NCBI GenBank assembly: GCA_964567185.1
Contig: CAZMKZ010000004.1
Span: 342 to 64,341 of the forward strand
Length of the DNA: 64,000 nt
Reading direction: 5' to 3'
Source: an uncultured Thermodesulfobacteriota bacterium
GTDB taxonomy: Bacteria > Desulfobacterota > GWC2-55-46 > JADFVP01
Each line of letters opens with the position of its first letter. Position 1 is the stretch's first letter. The position numbers and the translations under genes were made by a program. Under the pieces are notes generated by a model. That model was not told the DNA's origin and did no database searches. It saw nothing but the letters and a program-made list of their open reading frames with translations. This document shows, in pieces, positions 17,505-26,372 of this stretch.

Positions 17505-18277
17505 CCGTGGCTGAAGGCCGCGTCGTAGAGCCGCGATTTTTCTCCGTCATGTATGCCGCCCACGGCGTCTCCCACCAGGACCATGGCGTGCTTTGATATC
17601 CCCGCCTCCCTTACCTTTGCCGCTATATCCGAGAGGGTCCCGGTTACTACCTTCTCATCGGGCCAGCTTGCCCTGTAGACAACGGCAACGGGCGTATCAG
17701 GTCCATACCCCCCTTCATCAAGCTCAAGGGCGACCTTATCCATCATGGCCACGCTCAAAAAAATACACATCGTGGCCCCATGAGAGGCAAGGAGGTTAAG
17801 GGCCTCTTTTTCAGGCACAGGTGTTCGTCCGGCGAGCCTCGTGAATATAACGGTCTGCGTTACGCCCGGCACGGTAAGCTCTTTAGCGAGACTCGCCGCC
17901 GCGCCCGAGGCCGAGCTTACGCCCGGAACCACGGCATATGCAAGGCCCTGTCCATCAAGGATGGCCGCCTGCTCTCGCATGGCGCTGTAAAAGGCCGTAT
18001 CCCCCGTATGGAGCCTTACAACCGATTTTCCGGCCTTTGCCCCCTCTATCATTACGGCCGTAATCTCGCCGAGGGTCATTGAGGCGCTGTTATACACCGC
18101 CGCATCGCCGCGGCAGCAGGAAAGAAGGCTCTCCTTTACAAGGGAGCCCGCGTATACCACCACGTCCGCCTCTTTGAGTAGCCTCATGCCCTTTACGGTC
18201 AATAGCTCCGGGTCCCCGGGGCCTGCCCCTACGAAAAATATCCTTACTTTATCCGACATATCAACCGCCATATTCAA
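17489..18277 (-). CDS. cbiF: Cobalt-precorrin-4 C11-methyltransferase
   Basis: VRIFFVGAGPGDPELLTVKGMRLLKEADVVVYAGSLV. Start uncertain (TTG 18277, ATG 18271 or ATG 18259). Confidence 0.88.
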   Translation of the reverse strand: MNMAVDMSDKVRIFFVGAGPGDPELLTVKGMRLLKEADVVVYAGSLVKESLLSCCRGDAAVYNSASMTLGEITAVMIEGAKAGKSVVRLHTGDTAFYSAMREQAAILDGQGLAYAVVPGVSSASGAAASLAKELTVPGVTQTVIFTRLAGRTPVPEKEALNLLASHGATMCIFLSVAMMDKVALELDEGGYGPDTPVAVVYRASWPDEKVVTGTLSDIAAKVREAGISKHAMVLVGDAVGGIHDGEKSRLYDAAFSHGCRGL

Positions 18278-18328
18278 GATTGAAAGACATTAAAAAAAAT
18301 CTTGTGAGCCTATCCTTCAGGCCGCTTA

Positions 18329-19057
18329 TCAAGTTCTTTTTTTCAATATAACCAAGGACAGGTAACCCGCCCCAAAGGTATCATCAACTTCCTTGAAGTC
18401 CTTTATGATTTCGCGGCCCGGCCAGCCCGCCCTCTCTACAAAAAGAGCGCTAAGTCCGTTGCCCTGCCTTGAGACAAACTCCTTGAGCTCCGTTAATCTG
18501 CTCTTTACCTTCATGAGGACTACGGTCTCAAAGTCCTCCACCCAGTGCTCAAGGTCTGTGAGGCTATAAAAGGCCGGGGCAATAAGGAGCTTTTCATCGG
18601 CCTGCACAAGGGGCAGAGCGGCCCTTGCGGCCGCGGCGCTCACCGATGTCACACCCGGCACTACCCTTACATCCAGCCGAGGAACGAGAACGGAGACAAG
18701 AGGCACGAGAAAGGCAAAGGTTGAGTATAGCATAGGATCGCCAAGTGTCAAAAAAGAGACGTCTTTACCCTGCGCTAACCTGTTGGAAACCTTTTGCGCG
18801 GCCTTCCGGCGGGATTCAGACAAGACGGCCTTGTCTTTTGTCATGGGAAAGTCGAGACGAACAATTTCCTTATCCTCAAAATCCGGTATTGCCTTTTTTA
18901 TTATCTCCAGGGCTATGGTCCCCTCGCCGCCCGTGCCCCGCCCCGAGACGGGCACGGCTATAACAGGGCACTCGCCTATGACTCGAAGGGCCTTGAGGGT
19001 GAGGAGCTCCGGGTCTCCCGGGCCTACGCCTACGCCGAAGAACCGCGCCGTGCTCAC
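18329..19057 (-). CDS. cbiL: Cobalt-factor II / precorrin-2 C20-methyltransferase
   Basis: ARFFGVGVGPGDPELLTLKALRVIGECPVIAVP. The GTG start overlaps the cbiET stop (GTGA). Confidence 0.85.
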   Translation of the reverse strand: MSTARFFGVGVGPGDPELLTLKALRVIGECPVIAVPVSGRGTGGEGTIALEIIKKAIPDFEDKEIVRLDFPMTKDKAVLSESRRKAAQKVSNRLAQGKDVSFLTLGDPMLYSTFAFLVPLVSVLVPRLDVRVVPGVTSVSAAAARAALPLVQADEKLLIAPAFYSLTDLEHWVEDFETVVLMKVKSRLTELKEFVSRQGNGLSALFVERAGWPGREIIKDFKEVDDTFGAGYLSLVILKKRT

Positions 19058-20295
19058 CCCTTCACCCCCTTTATGATGAATACGGGATTACAGGCAGATA
19101 GTATATTAAGATTGCTCACCTCTTTACCACGCGCGAGGCTCAGCTGGATAAATTCCCTCTCAAGCCCCTTTTCCTTAAAGAACTCAAGGGTACGCGAAGC
19201 CGTCTCCATGGTTACGGCGTTCACTACGATGCTTCCTCCGCGCTTTATCCGCTTAAGGACATGGGCCAATATTGTTTTAATCCCCGCCCCTCCGCCGCCG
19301 ACGAATACGGCGTCCGGCACAGGCAAACCCCTGAGGCACTCCGGGGCCTCGCCCGCTATTACCCGCACGTTTTCGGCCTTGAATCTTCGCACATTTTCGT
19401 TAATATCCTTTACCCTTTTTTTATTTTTTTCAACGGCGTATACAACACCGCCGCGGCTCATGAGGGCCGCCTCAATGGCCACGGAACCCGTGCAGGAGCC
19501 GATGTCCCAGATAACGCCCGCAGGGGGAGGAGCGAGTTTTGAGAGAGATACGGCCCTTATCTCGGACTTTGTAATCATATTGGCAGAGTGCCTGAAAAGC
19601 CCGTCATCGAGGCCCATGGCGGGCATGTCAGGGGCAAATGACGTAGTCTCGCATGAGGTGAGAAATATCATTACACTCAGTGGATGGGTAAATTTTTCTT
19701 TTGCTATGGTCTTAAGCCCGCCGCTACGCACCCTCTCTTCTGCATAACCAAGTGCCTCGCATACATAGACCTTTACGCCGCCGAGCCCCGCTTCCATAAG
19801 CCCTCTGGCAACAATGGGCGGGGTATTATGACCATCCGTAAAGAGGGCCACGCAGGGGTTAGAGGAAATCACCCTGCATAGCTCCGTAAAGTCAGCCTTC
19901 CTGCCGTGAAGGCTCAGGACCTTCAGCCCCGCCGAGCTCTCCTTAATGCGGGCAAAGGCCTCATGAACAACGCTCACGCCGGGAATAATCCTTACGCTCC
20001 TCTTGCCGAAGGAGCGGACAATAAAATTCCCTATGCCGTAAAGAAGGGGGTCCCCCGTGGCCAGCACGGATACGGCGGCCCTCTTGTTTTTTTTAATAAA
20101 GTTTCTTATGGAGGTCTCAAGTGCAGGCAGGTCGGAAGTTATATAAAACCTCTCGCCCTCTATCCCTGCACGCCCCTCAAGGCCCTCAAGGTGACGCCGC
20201 CCGCCTGCGATAAGCCCGGATCTGCGGATAATCGCAAGGGCTTTGCCCGTAAGCTCGCCGGCCCCTTCGAGACCAATGCCGATTACATATATCAT
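19054..20295 (-). CDS. cbiET: Fused cobalt-precorrin-7 C5-methyltransferase / cobalt-precorrin-6B C15-methyltransferase (decarboxylating)
   Basis: N-terminal tetrapyrrole methylase half (MIYVIGIGLEG...) plus a C-terminal class I SAM methyltransferase half (VIWDIGSCTGSVAIEAA). ATGA overlap with cbiD. Confidence 0.85.
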   Translation of the reverse strand: MIYVIGIGLEGAGELTGKALAIIRRSGLIAGGRRHLEGLEGRAGIEGERFYITSDLPALETSIRNFIKKNKRAAVSVLATGDPLLYGIGNFIVRSFGKRSVRIIPGVSVVHEAFARIKESSAGLKVLSLHGRKADFTELCRVISSNPCVALFTDGHNTPPIVARGLMEAGLGGVKVYVCEALGYAEERVRSGGLKTIAKEKFTHPLSVMIFLTSCETTSFAPDMPAMGLDDGLFRHSANMITKSEIRAVSLSKLAPPPAGVIWDIGSCTGSVAIEAALMSRGGVVYAVEKNKKRVKDINENVRRFKAENVRVIAGEAPECLRGLPVPDAVFVGGGGAGIKTILAHVLKRIKRGGSIVVNAVTMETASRTLEFFKEKGLEREFIQLSLARGKEVSNLNILSACNPVFIIKGVKG

Positions 20296-21437
20296 GGAGT
20301 ATGACCCGTAGCCTGCATGCCTTCTGCGTGTGTGCTCTCAGCGCAGACCACTTCGGCGTCGTATCCCACAAGCAGGGCCTTCACCGCCTTGCCGGAACCG
20401 GCCATGGCAAAGCAATTATTAGAGACCATCCTGGTAATGGCCCTGAATACCTTCATATCGCCCATATCTTTCAGTATGAAAAAAATCTCTCTTGCCGTAT
20501 TGGCCCGCGCTATCCTCTGTACGGCCTTATCGTCAATATCATTATTTCGGGCTATCTCCGCGATAAACTCCTTATCCACGGAAGACCTTGAACAATGGGT
20601 ATCGCTCCACCCTGAGGCGAGCTTGGTGAATTTTCCGAATTGGCCCGCAACGATAATGGCCTTAATCTCTTTTTTCTTTCCCCCACACCTCATGGCAAAA
20701 CCCATGTGGTCGCCTGTTGTAATAAAGGCCTGAGGCATGAGTCCCAAACCCTCTGCCGCCACCTTCTCGCTGCTCCTGCCCGTGGAAAAGACTACCTCCT
20801 CGCACTTTGATGCCGCGGCAACGTCTACGGCGCAGGCAATGGAGTCTTTATAGGCGCTCAAAGACATGGGCTCCACTATGCCCGAGGTGCCGAGAATGGA
20901 TATGCCGCCAATGATGCCGAGGCGGGCGTTCATGGTCTTTTTTGCCAGTGCCTCGCCTCGCGGCACGGTTACAATGACACGCACATGGGGCGCAACCCCG
21001 GCCTCTTCGGCGGCCTCGGAGACTGCCGTCCTTATCATCTTCAGGGGAACCGGGTTTATGGCCGGGGCCCCAACAGGGACCTTCAGACCGGGCCTTGTGA
21101 CACGCCCGACGCCAACACCCCCCTCAATGAGTATGCAGGGGGCCTTTACGGCATCGTCCAGAAACTCTACCGTAGTTGTTATCTCGGCCTTGTGGGTTAC
21201 ATCGGGGTCGTCGCCGGCGTCTTTTATGACAGTGGCAGAGGCCTTGGCGCCGGTAAGCTTGAGGTCTTTAACGTCTATCTTGATCTCATTGCCATTGGGA
21301 AGCGTTACGGAGACCTTTCCCCTGCCGCGGCCCTTGAAGGGCGATAGCCCGTAAAGCAGAGCCGCCGCCGCCTTTGCCCCGGCCGCGGCGCTTGTGCCAG
21401 TGGTGAAACCACTTCTCAGTCTTGCTTTAGCTTTCAA
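20292..21437 (-). CDS. cbiD: Cobalt-precorrin-5B C1-methyltransferase
   Basis: LRSGFTTGTSAAAGAKAAAALL ... GIIGGISILGTSGIVEPMS. TTG start. Confidence 0.88.
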   Translation of the reverse strand: MKAKARLRSGFTTGTSAAAGAKAAAALLYGLSPFKGRGRGKVSVTLPNGNEIKIDVKDLKLTGAKASATVIKDAGDDPDVTHKAEITTTVEFLDDAVKAPCILIEGGVGVGRVTRPGLKVPVGAPAINPVPLKMIRTAVSEAAEEAGVAPHVRVIVTVPRGEALAKKTMNARLGIIGGISILGTSGIVEPMSLSAYKDSIACAVDVAAASKCEEVVFSTGRSSEKVAAEGLGLMPQAFITTGDHMGFAMRCGGKKKEIKAIIVAGQFGKFTKLASGWSDTHCSRSSVDKEFIAEIARNNDIDDKAVQRIARANTAREIFFILKDMGDMKVFRAITRMVSNNCFAMAGSGKAVKALLVGYDAEVVCAESTHAEGMQATGHTP

Positions 21438-21536
21438 ATATCATCCCTGATGAAAGAACCGGCCCATACCCGCACCGCCTCCCTGTACTCAAGAAAAGCG
21501 GCGAAGATTTTATTATACTCTCCCCGCAAGAGGCCG

Positions 21537-21971
21537 TTACGCCTCTACCCCGGTCCTTGAGGCCTTTAGCCCCATCTTCCAGAGTGAGCCCAGGATAAGC
21601 CCGAGTATTACCGCGAGAAAGAGCCCCTGAAGGCTCTGCTCTACCTCGAAGTGATACCTTATGGGCTTTAATATGCTCAGCACAAAACCCGTGCCGTTCA
21701 GGGCCAGCCAGATAACAACAGATACGGCTACGGCCTTTGATGTAAGACCCCATTTGGGCATGAAACCCTGGGCCACGCTGAGCAGGCCGCCTGTGACAAG
21801 CCCGAAGAGCGCCCCGCCGAGCGAAAAGGTCACAAGGTCGTGAACCACTCCGGCCTCAAGGGTAAAGGCCCCGGTAAAGGTGTTTACAAGGAGGGATACA
21901 AGCCCCCAGAGCGCCCCTGAGAGCAGACATAGGAATAAGCCGTCTTTCCATGTATTAAAACCTGCGTTCAT
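21537..21971 (-). CDS. 144-aa four-helix membrane protein, unknown family, immediately downstream of cbtB
   Basis: AAGGAGA Shine-Dalgarno before the ATG. Glycine-rich helices (SGALWGLVSLL, GGALFGLVTGGLL). Lacks the His-rich loop I associate with CbtA. Confidence 0.6.
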   Translation of the reverse strand: MNAGFNTWKDGLFLCLLSGALWGLVSLLVNTFTGAFTLEAGVVHDLVTFSLGGALFGLVTGGLLSVAQGFMPKWGLTSKAVAVSVVIWLALNGTGFVLSILKPIRYHFEVEQSLQGLFLAVILGLILGSLWKMGLKASRTGVEA

Positions 21972-22043
21972 TTTATCTTTTCTCCTTATTGTTTCCGAGC
22001 TAATGCTTAAAACGTCTTCTATTTAACCCACCTCGTGCGCGGC

Positions 22044-22217
22044 TCAGTGACAGGGCATGCCGATGGTATGCCTGAAGTCGTGGAACATGTCGTGAACGCC
22101 GCTTACGACGTTTTCCATGCCGAATACGACCACGACCATGGCGAATGCCACGGCCAATAGCACAACGGCCGGAAGCAGGGTATTCATGACAAAATCTCTC
22201 TCGAAAAACCTCTCCAT
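22044..22217 (-). CDS. cbtB: Cobalt transporter subunit CbtB-like small membrane protein (57 aa, below the ORF-track cutoff)
   Basis: Hand translation gives MERFFERDFVMNTLLPAVVLLAVAFAMVVVVFGMENVVSGVHDMFHDFRHTIGMPCH. It has one TM helix and the C-terminal HDxxHDxRHxxGxPCH signature of CbtB. AAGGAGGT Shine-Dalgarno lies upstream. Confidence 0.75.
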   Translation of the reverse strand: MERFFERDFVMNTLLPAVVLLAVAFAMVVVVFGMENVVSGVHDMFHDFRHTIGMPCH

Positions 22218-22256
22218 CTCTCGTTACCTCCTTTTTTATTGTTGGTTGCCTCTACC

Positions 22257-22282
22257 CCGGCCCGCCCGCCTGCGGGGGCCGG
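22257..22282 (-). other. GC-rich stem-loop between porin gene and cbtB (no U tract)
   Basis: CCGGCCC-CCGC..GCGG-..-GGGCCGG nested inverted repeat, 16 nt after the porin stop. Confidence 0.4.
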
Positions 22283-22297
22283 TTCTATAACCCGTCC

Positions 22298-23605
22298 TTA
22301 AAAATCCGCCTGCAGCCTCATCCCGTAGATAAAGGCGTCTGTGGTGCTTCTGTCGCCTCCACGGTTGATGATGTATTGAAAATCAGGGGCCATATGAAAG
22401 CCCATGGTCCCGAGTCCGCCGAGGAATACATCGTAATAGGCCTCCATGTAATGCTCGTTGCCCGCGTCAAAACCCCCGGCGTTTGTGCGTTTGAACTCCT
22501 TGTAGTCCTTGCCTATGAAGTTAAGGCCATAACCAAAGCCCATGGTATCATGCTCCCTCTTTAAAAACCATGCCGTAGAGTAGAGCCCCGCCCCGATAAA
22601 GGCCTTCATCTGAGAGACCGTCTCCCTCTGCGCGCCCGCCCTCAGCCAGAGCCCGAGGTGTTCCGACACATATTGGTCAAGGCTTAAACCGGCTCCCTGG
22701 TTCACCGTCTTTGTGAGCTCGCTCCTCGTGGCATCGGCAAGGAACTCAAGGTTGGAGGCCGGCCTTGACGGTCTGTTCCAGTAATAGACCCTGTAGTTGC
22801 CAACCCTGCCGTAGAGATTTGCCTTGAAATCCGCCTCGGCCATTACAAAGGGGCTGTCAAAGGTCCTTGCGTAATCGCCGTCGCCCTCAAAGGCACCTAT
22901 TGTTATATCAAGTATCTTTGCCGGTGAAAAGGTCAACGTTAGCCCCGGCGAATAAAAATTATCACTGCCCCCGAACTCTATGGAGGGGTTGTTTACGAAA
23001 ATATTGGCCATGAACTGGGACCTCTCGTCATTGGCAAAGTCATTGGCGTCAAAATACCCCGTAACATCGAGCTGACCCACGGATACCTCCAGCCGGTTCC
23101 CGAAAAAATGATGCTCATAGTAGAGCTGAGTTACATTTACGCCAAGGTCGTTAAAGGACTCCACATCGGCGTTTATGCCCGTGGGGTTGCCGTTGGGGGC
23201 GGTGAGGAGGTTAAGCCCCTCTACGCCGAGCCCACGCTGAAAATCAACGACGATTACGGCCATGCCGTTTTTTCCTATTGGACCCTCAATGGCAAGGTCG
23301 CCGGAGATAGCGGCCTCGCTCCGCTTCAGGCCCTTCACATTGGCAACGCCGTGAAAGGTGAAGGTAAGGCCCCCTGTTATCTCAAGGCCGAACTCGCTAT
23401 GCACGGGATGGAGGCGGTGAGAACGCTCCGTGCTCGTAGCTGTATCATTATCCCTGTCCTCAAGGGCCTTTATTCTCTTTTCAAGCTCATTTATCTTTCC
23501 CTCACCGTTCACGGTGTCCGCCATGACCGGAAGGACGGCAAAGAAGGCCAGAAATAAAACCGCCGCCGTGAGGGATAAAGCCACAATCCCTTTTTCCATC
23601 ATCAT
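22298..23605 (-). CDS. OprB-family-like outer-membrane porin with N-terminal coiled-coil
   Basis: Signal peptide ending VMA/DT and coiled segment INELEKRIKALEDR. Core LYYEHHFFGNRLEVSVGQLDVTGYFDANDFANDERSQFMANIFVNNPSIEFG resembles OprB-type porins. The terminal ...RLQADF has the aromatic last residue typical of beta-barrel outer-membrane proteins. Three tandem ATG codons at the start. Confidence 0.65.
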   Translation of the reverse strand: MMMEKGIVALSLTAAVLFLAFFAVLPVMADTVNGEGKINELEKRIKALEDRDNDTATSTERSHRLHPVHSEFGLEITGGLTFTFHGVANVKGLKRSEAAISGDLAIEGPIGKNGMAVIVVDFQRGLGVEGLNLLTAPNGNPTGINADVESFNDLGVNVTQLYYEHHFFGNRLEVSVGQLDVTGYFDANDFANDERSQFMANIFVNNPSIEFGGSDNFYSPGLTLTFSPAKILDITIGAFEGDGDYARTFDSPFVMAEADFKANLYGRVGNYRVYYWNRPSRPASNLEFLADATRSELTKTVNQGAGLSLDQYVSEHLGLWLRAGAQRETVSQMKAFIGAGLYSTAWFLKREHDTMGFGYGLNFIGKDYKEFKRTNAGGFDAGNEHYMEAYYDVFLGGLGTMGFHMAPDFQYIINRGGDRSTTDAFIYGMRLQADF

Positions 23606-23631
23606 TCCTCCTGAGAATTTAAGAAAAATTT

Positions 23632-24447
23632 TCAGTGTTCATCATGAGATGCAAAAGGTCCGTGGCTGTGTTTATGAACAACTGTACCGTGTTTGTGCGT
23701 GTGCTCGTGTATGAGGTTAACCCGTAAAAGAAGCTCACTGTCTTTCAGAATATCCAGGGCCGGCCCCTCGGCGGCAAGCCCGTGGGCCTCGTCAAGGACG
23801 ATGGCCCTATCGCAGAAATCCTCCACAAGGCTGAGGTCGTGTGTGGCCAGTATAAAGGTCTTGCCCAGTTCCTTGAGCCTTAAAAGCAGTTCCAGAAGCC
23901 AGACCTGTGTCCTCGGGTCCAGACCGAACGTTGGCTCGTCAAGGAGCATGACCTCGGGATTTACGGAGAGCACGGCGGCAAGCTGCACCTTTTTTTTCTC
24001 TCCGCTACTCAGCCTGTGAGGCGGCCTATCCCTGAGCCCGCTGATTTCAAGCAGTCTCATGGTATCCTCGGCCCTGTGCCTCACCTCATCGTTTTTTAGC
24101 CCCATCTGCAGGGGGCCGAATGCCACCTCGTCAAAGACGGTGGGGCAGAAGAGCTGAACATCGGGCTCTGAGAAGACAAAACCCACGCTGCTCCTGAACC
24201 GCGGCCGCAGGTTTTTTTCAAGCCAGTGCCCTGCAAGGGGGCTACCCAGAAAGCTCACAGACCCGGCGGTTGGCTCCACAAGTCCGCTTACAATCTTCAG
24301 TAGCGTGGTCTTGCCGGCGCCGCTGGCCCCGAGCACCGCAAGGTTCACGCCGCGAGTAAGCGAGAAGCTCACATCCCTGAGGGCCGCGACCTTGCCGTAA
24401 TTAAAGCATACCCCCTTTATCCCAAACACCTCTTCGTCCATATTCAC
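23632..24447 (-). CDS. cbiO: ECF-type cobalt/nickel ABC transporter ATPase with His-rich C-terminal tail
   Basis: Walker A GASGAGKTT, signature LSSGEKKK, Walker B MLLDEP. The tail is IHEHTHKHGTVVHKHSHGPFASHDEH. Confidence 0.85.
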   Translation of the reverse strand: MNMDEEVFGIKGVCFNYGKVAALRDVSFSLTRGVNLAVLGASGAGKTTLLKIVSGLVEPTAGSVSFLGSPLAGHWLEKNLRPRFRSSVGFVFSEPDVQLFCPTVFDEVAFGPLQMGLKNDEVRHRAEDTMRLLEISGLRDRPPHRLSSGEKKKVQLAAVLSVNPEVMLLDEPTFGLDPRTQVWLLELLLRLKELGKTFILATHDLSLVEDFCDRAIVLDEAHGLAAEGPALDILKDSELLLRVNLIHEHTHKHGTVVHKHSHGPFASHDEH

Positions 24448-24471
24448 CTGAAACTAAAGGACAGCCGTTAA

Positions 24472-25362
24472 TTAGAAGAGCAATGCCAGAATGGATACAA
24501 AGGCGCATATGCCTATACAGGAAAAATCCCTGCCACTCCCCGGTCTCGTTTTCAGCGTTCTCAACCTGCCGTTAAAACCACGCGAGGCCATGGCCATGGC
24601 CACCTCTTCAGAGGTGCTCATGGCCCTTTCCATAAGATAACGCGCCCTTCCGGCAAACCATCCCTCCATGTCCCTGACGTTACTGCCTGATATTGTACGC
24701 GCCTTTCTCGCCAGAACCGCATCTTCAAGCAGACCGAGCAGGCGGGAAATATTGGCAAGGGTCAAAAAAATCACTGTGACAAAGAGCGGTGGAAGGGGAA
24801 ACTTCCTCAGTCCGCTCATAAACTCCGAGCGCGAAGTCGTAAGGCCAAGGAGCGCCACAAGCCCTGCCATGAGTGTTGAGCGGGCGAGAAAAAACCCGGC
24901 CCTTCGCAAACCCACGGCGCTCGGCACGGCGTGAAAAAAAGCAAACCACCCGTGGCCTTCCTTTACCGCGGATATATCAAAAAAGAGCGGAAGGACCACG
25001 ATGGAGGTAAATATAAATATTGGCAGGGTCCTCTTAACGAGGGACCTCACGCTTACCCTTGAGAGAAGCACGGTGATGGCGGTAATGAGAGCTATAATGC
25101 CAAGGCCCTGCCAATCACCTGCGAGTGAGGCCCCGATGATAAGAAGGAGTGCCCCGCCTATGCGGGCCGCGGGGTCAAGGGAGCGGATAACCCCGCCTCC
25201 ATCCGCGCCGGTCTTGTCATCGAAGAACCAGCTCCTCATGCCGTAGACCCGTTGAAGGGTCTTTTCCAGAAAGGCCTCACGGCCGGCCACGGGAGACGCG
25301 CCCATATTACCGTTCTTTAGCCATGCCGGCACTACGAGCCTCTGCGCCACAGCCTCCCCCAT
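24472..25362 (-). CDS. cbiQ: ECF transporter transmembrane (T) component
   Basis: Polytopic, with the conserved ARxxR-like region LARKARTISG, located between cbiM and cbiO. The start may instead be the ATG at 25305. Confidence 0.75.
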   Translation of the reverse strand: MGEAVAQRLVVPAWLKNGNMGASPVAGREAFLEKTLQRVYGMRSWFFDDKTGADGGGVIRSLDPAARIGGALLLIIGASLAGDWQGLGIIALITAITVLLSRVSVRSLVKRTLPIFIFTSIVVLPLFFDISAVKEGHGWFAFFHAVPSAVGLRRAGFFLARSTLMAGLVALLGLTTSRSEFMSGLRKFPLPPLFVTVIFLTLANISRLLGLLEDAVLARKARTISGSNVRDMEGWFAGRARYLMERAMSTSEEVAMAMASRGFNGRLRTLKTRPGSGRDFSCIGICAFVSILALLF

Positions 25363-26336
25363 ATATAGACTAAAAAAACCAGCGCAAGGCTCCCAAGGGC
25401 CGCCGATAATATATAGACCAGCGCCGAACCCATGGCCCCGTGTTTACCGGCAATATTTGCGGCCATGCCGCTTATGCCGTAGCCCGGAAGCAGGCCTCCC
25501 CAGGACTGGCCGAGCCTTGCCATGCCCGCGGGGATAAAACCAAAGAGCTCGCTGAAGACCTTTGGTGACCATTCTCCCCATGGCACGCCCGTAGAGACGA
25601 GACCCAGCGGAGTCATTACCACAAGGGCCGATAACCCCCACCAGAGCGGCCTTGTGCCGCCCCGTGAGGCCGAAGGCATGGGCTCATGACCACGCCGATG
25701 CAGGGAGCCCAGGACAAGGGCCGTGCCAAGGGCCTCCACAGGGCCGAAAAAGAGCATGTGGGGAATAACCACGGCGGGCAGGGTTATGCCCAGCGAATAC
25801 GGCGCGTAGAGCGGACGGCCCATTGCGTCCATGGCCACAAGGGGCTGAATTCCCAGCTCAAGGGCCACGGCAAGGGCCGCTATAATTACAGATACATAAC
25901 CCGCAAGGGCCGAGGCCAGAAAAAGCCTCCCCCGGCCTGACTCCCCAAAGGAAAAAATCTTAAAAACACCGTAACTGACAAAACTCATGATAAAGGCCAT
26001 ATTAAAGGCATTGGCCCCTATGGCCGTAACCCCGCCGTCTCCAAAAATAAGGGCCTGCAGAAATATCACAAGGCTGATGGAGATAAAGGCCGCCCAGGGC
26101 CCCAGGGTTATGGCCAGTATGGCCGCTCCCACAAGGTGGCCCGATGTCCCGCCGGGAAGCGGAAAGTTGAACATCATTATTACGAAGACAAAGGCCGAGG
26201 CAAGGGAAAGCCTTGAGAGCCCTTGCGTATGGAACTCACCCTCTACCTTACGGGCCCCTTTAAACCAGAGCGGCGCCATGGAGCCGTAAAAGACAAGACA
26301 TGTGGCGGGACTGAGATATCCATCGGGTATATGCAA
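25332..26336 (-). CDS. cbiM: CbiM/NikM-type ECF substrate component with ~110-aa C-terminal membrane extension
   Basis: N-terminus (M)HIPDGYLS is the CbiM/NikM metal-binding signature; TTG start. The extra C-terminal region ...TGVPWGEWSP...LPGYG... plus a final TM helix may replace a separate CbiN. Confidence 0.85.
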   Translation of the reverse strand: MHIPDGYLSPATCLVFYGSMAPLWFKGARKVEGEFHTQGLSRLSLASAFVFVIMMFNFPLPGGTSGHLVGAAILAITLGPWAAFISISLVIFLQALIFGDGGVTAIGANAFNMAFIMSFVSYGVFKIFSFGESGRGRLFLASALAGYVSVIIAALAVALELGIQPLVAMDAMGRPLYAPYSLGITLPAVVIPHMLFFGPVEALGTALVLGSLHRRGHEPMPSASRGGTRPLWWGLSALVVMTPLGLVSTGVPWGEWSPKVFSELFGFIPAGMARLGQSWGGLLPGYGISGMAANIAGKHGAMGSALVYILSAALGSLALVFLVYIWGRLWRRGS

Positions 26337-26372
26337 GGTCCTACCCCTCGCTTAAAGGCCCCAAGGCCCCTT

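Noticed and set aside
18794-19747. 317-aa plus-strand ORF opposite cbiL/cbiET
   Set aside because: It is a mirror-frame ORF antisense to well-supported methyltransferase genes, with no recognisable domain.
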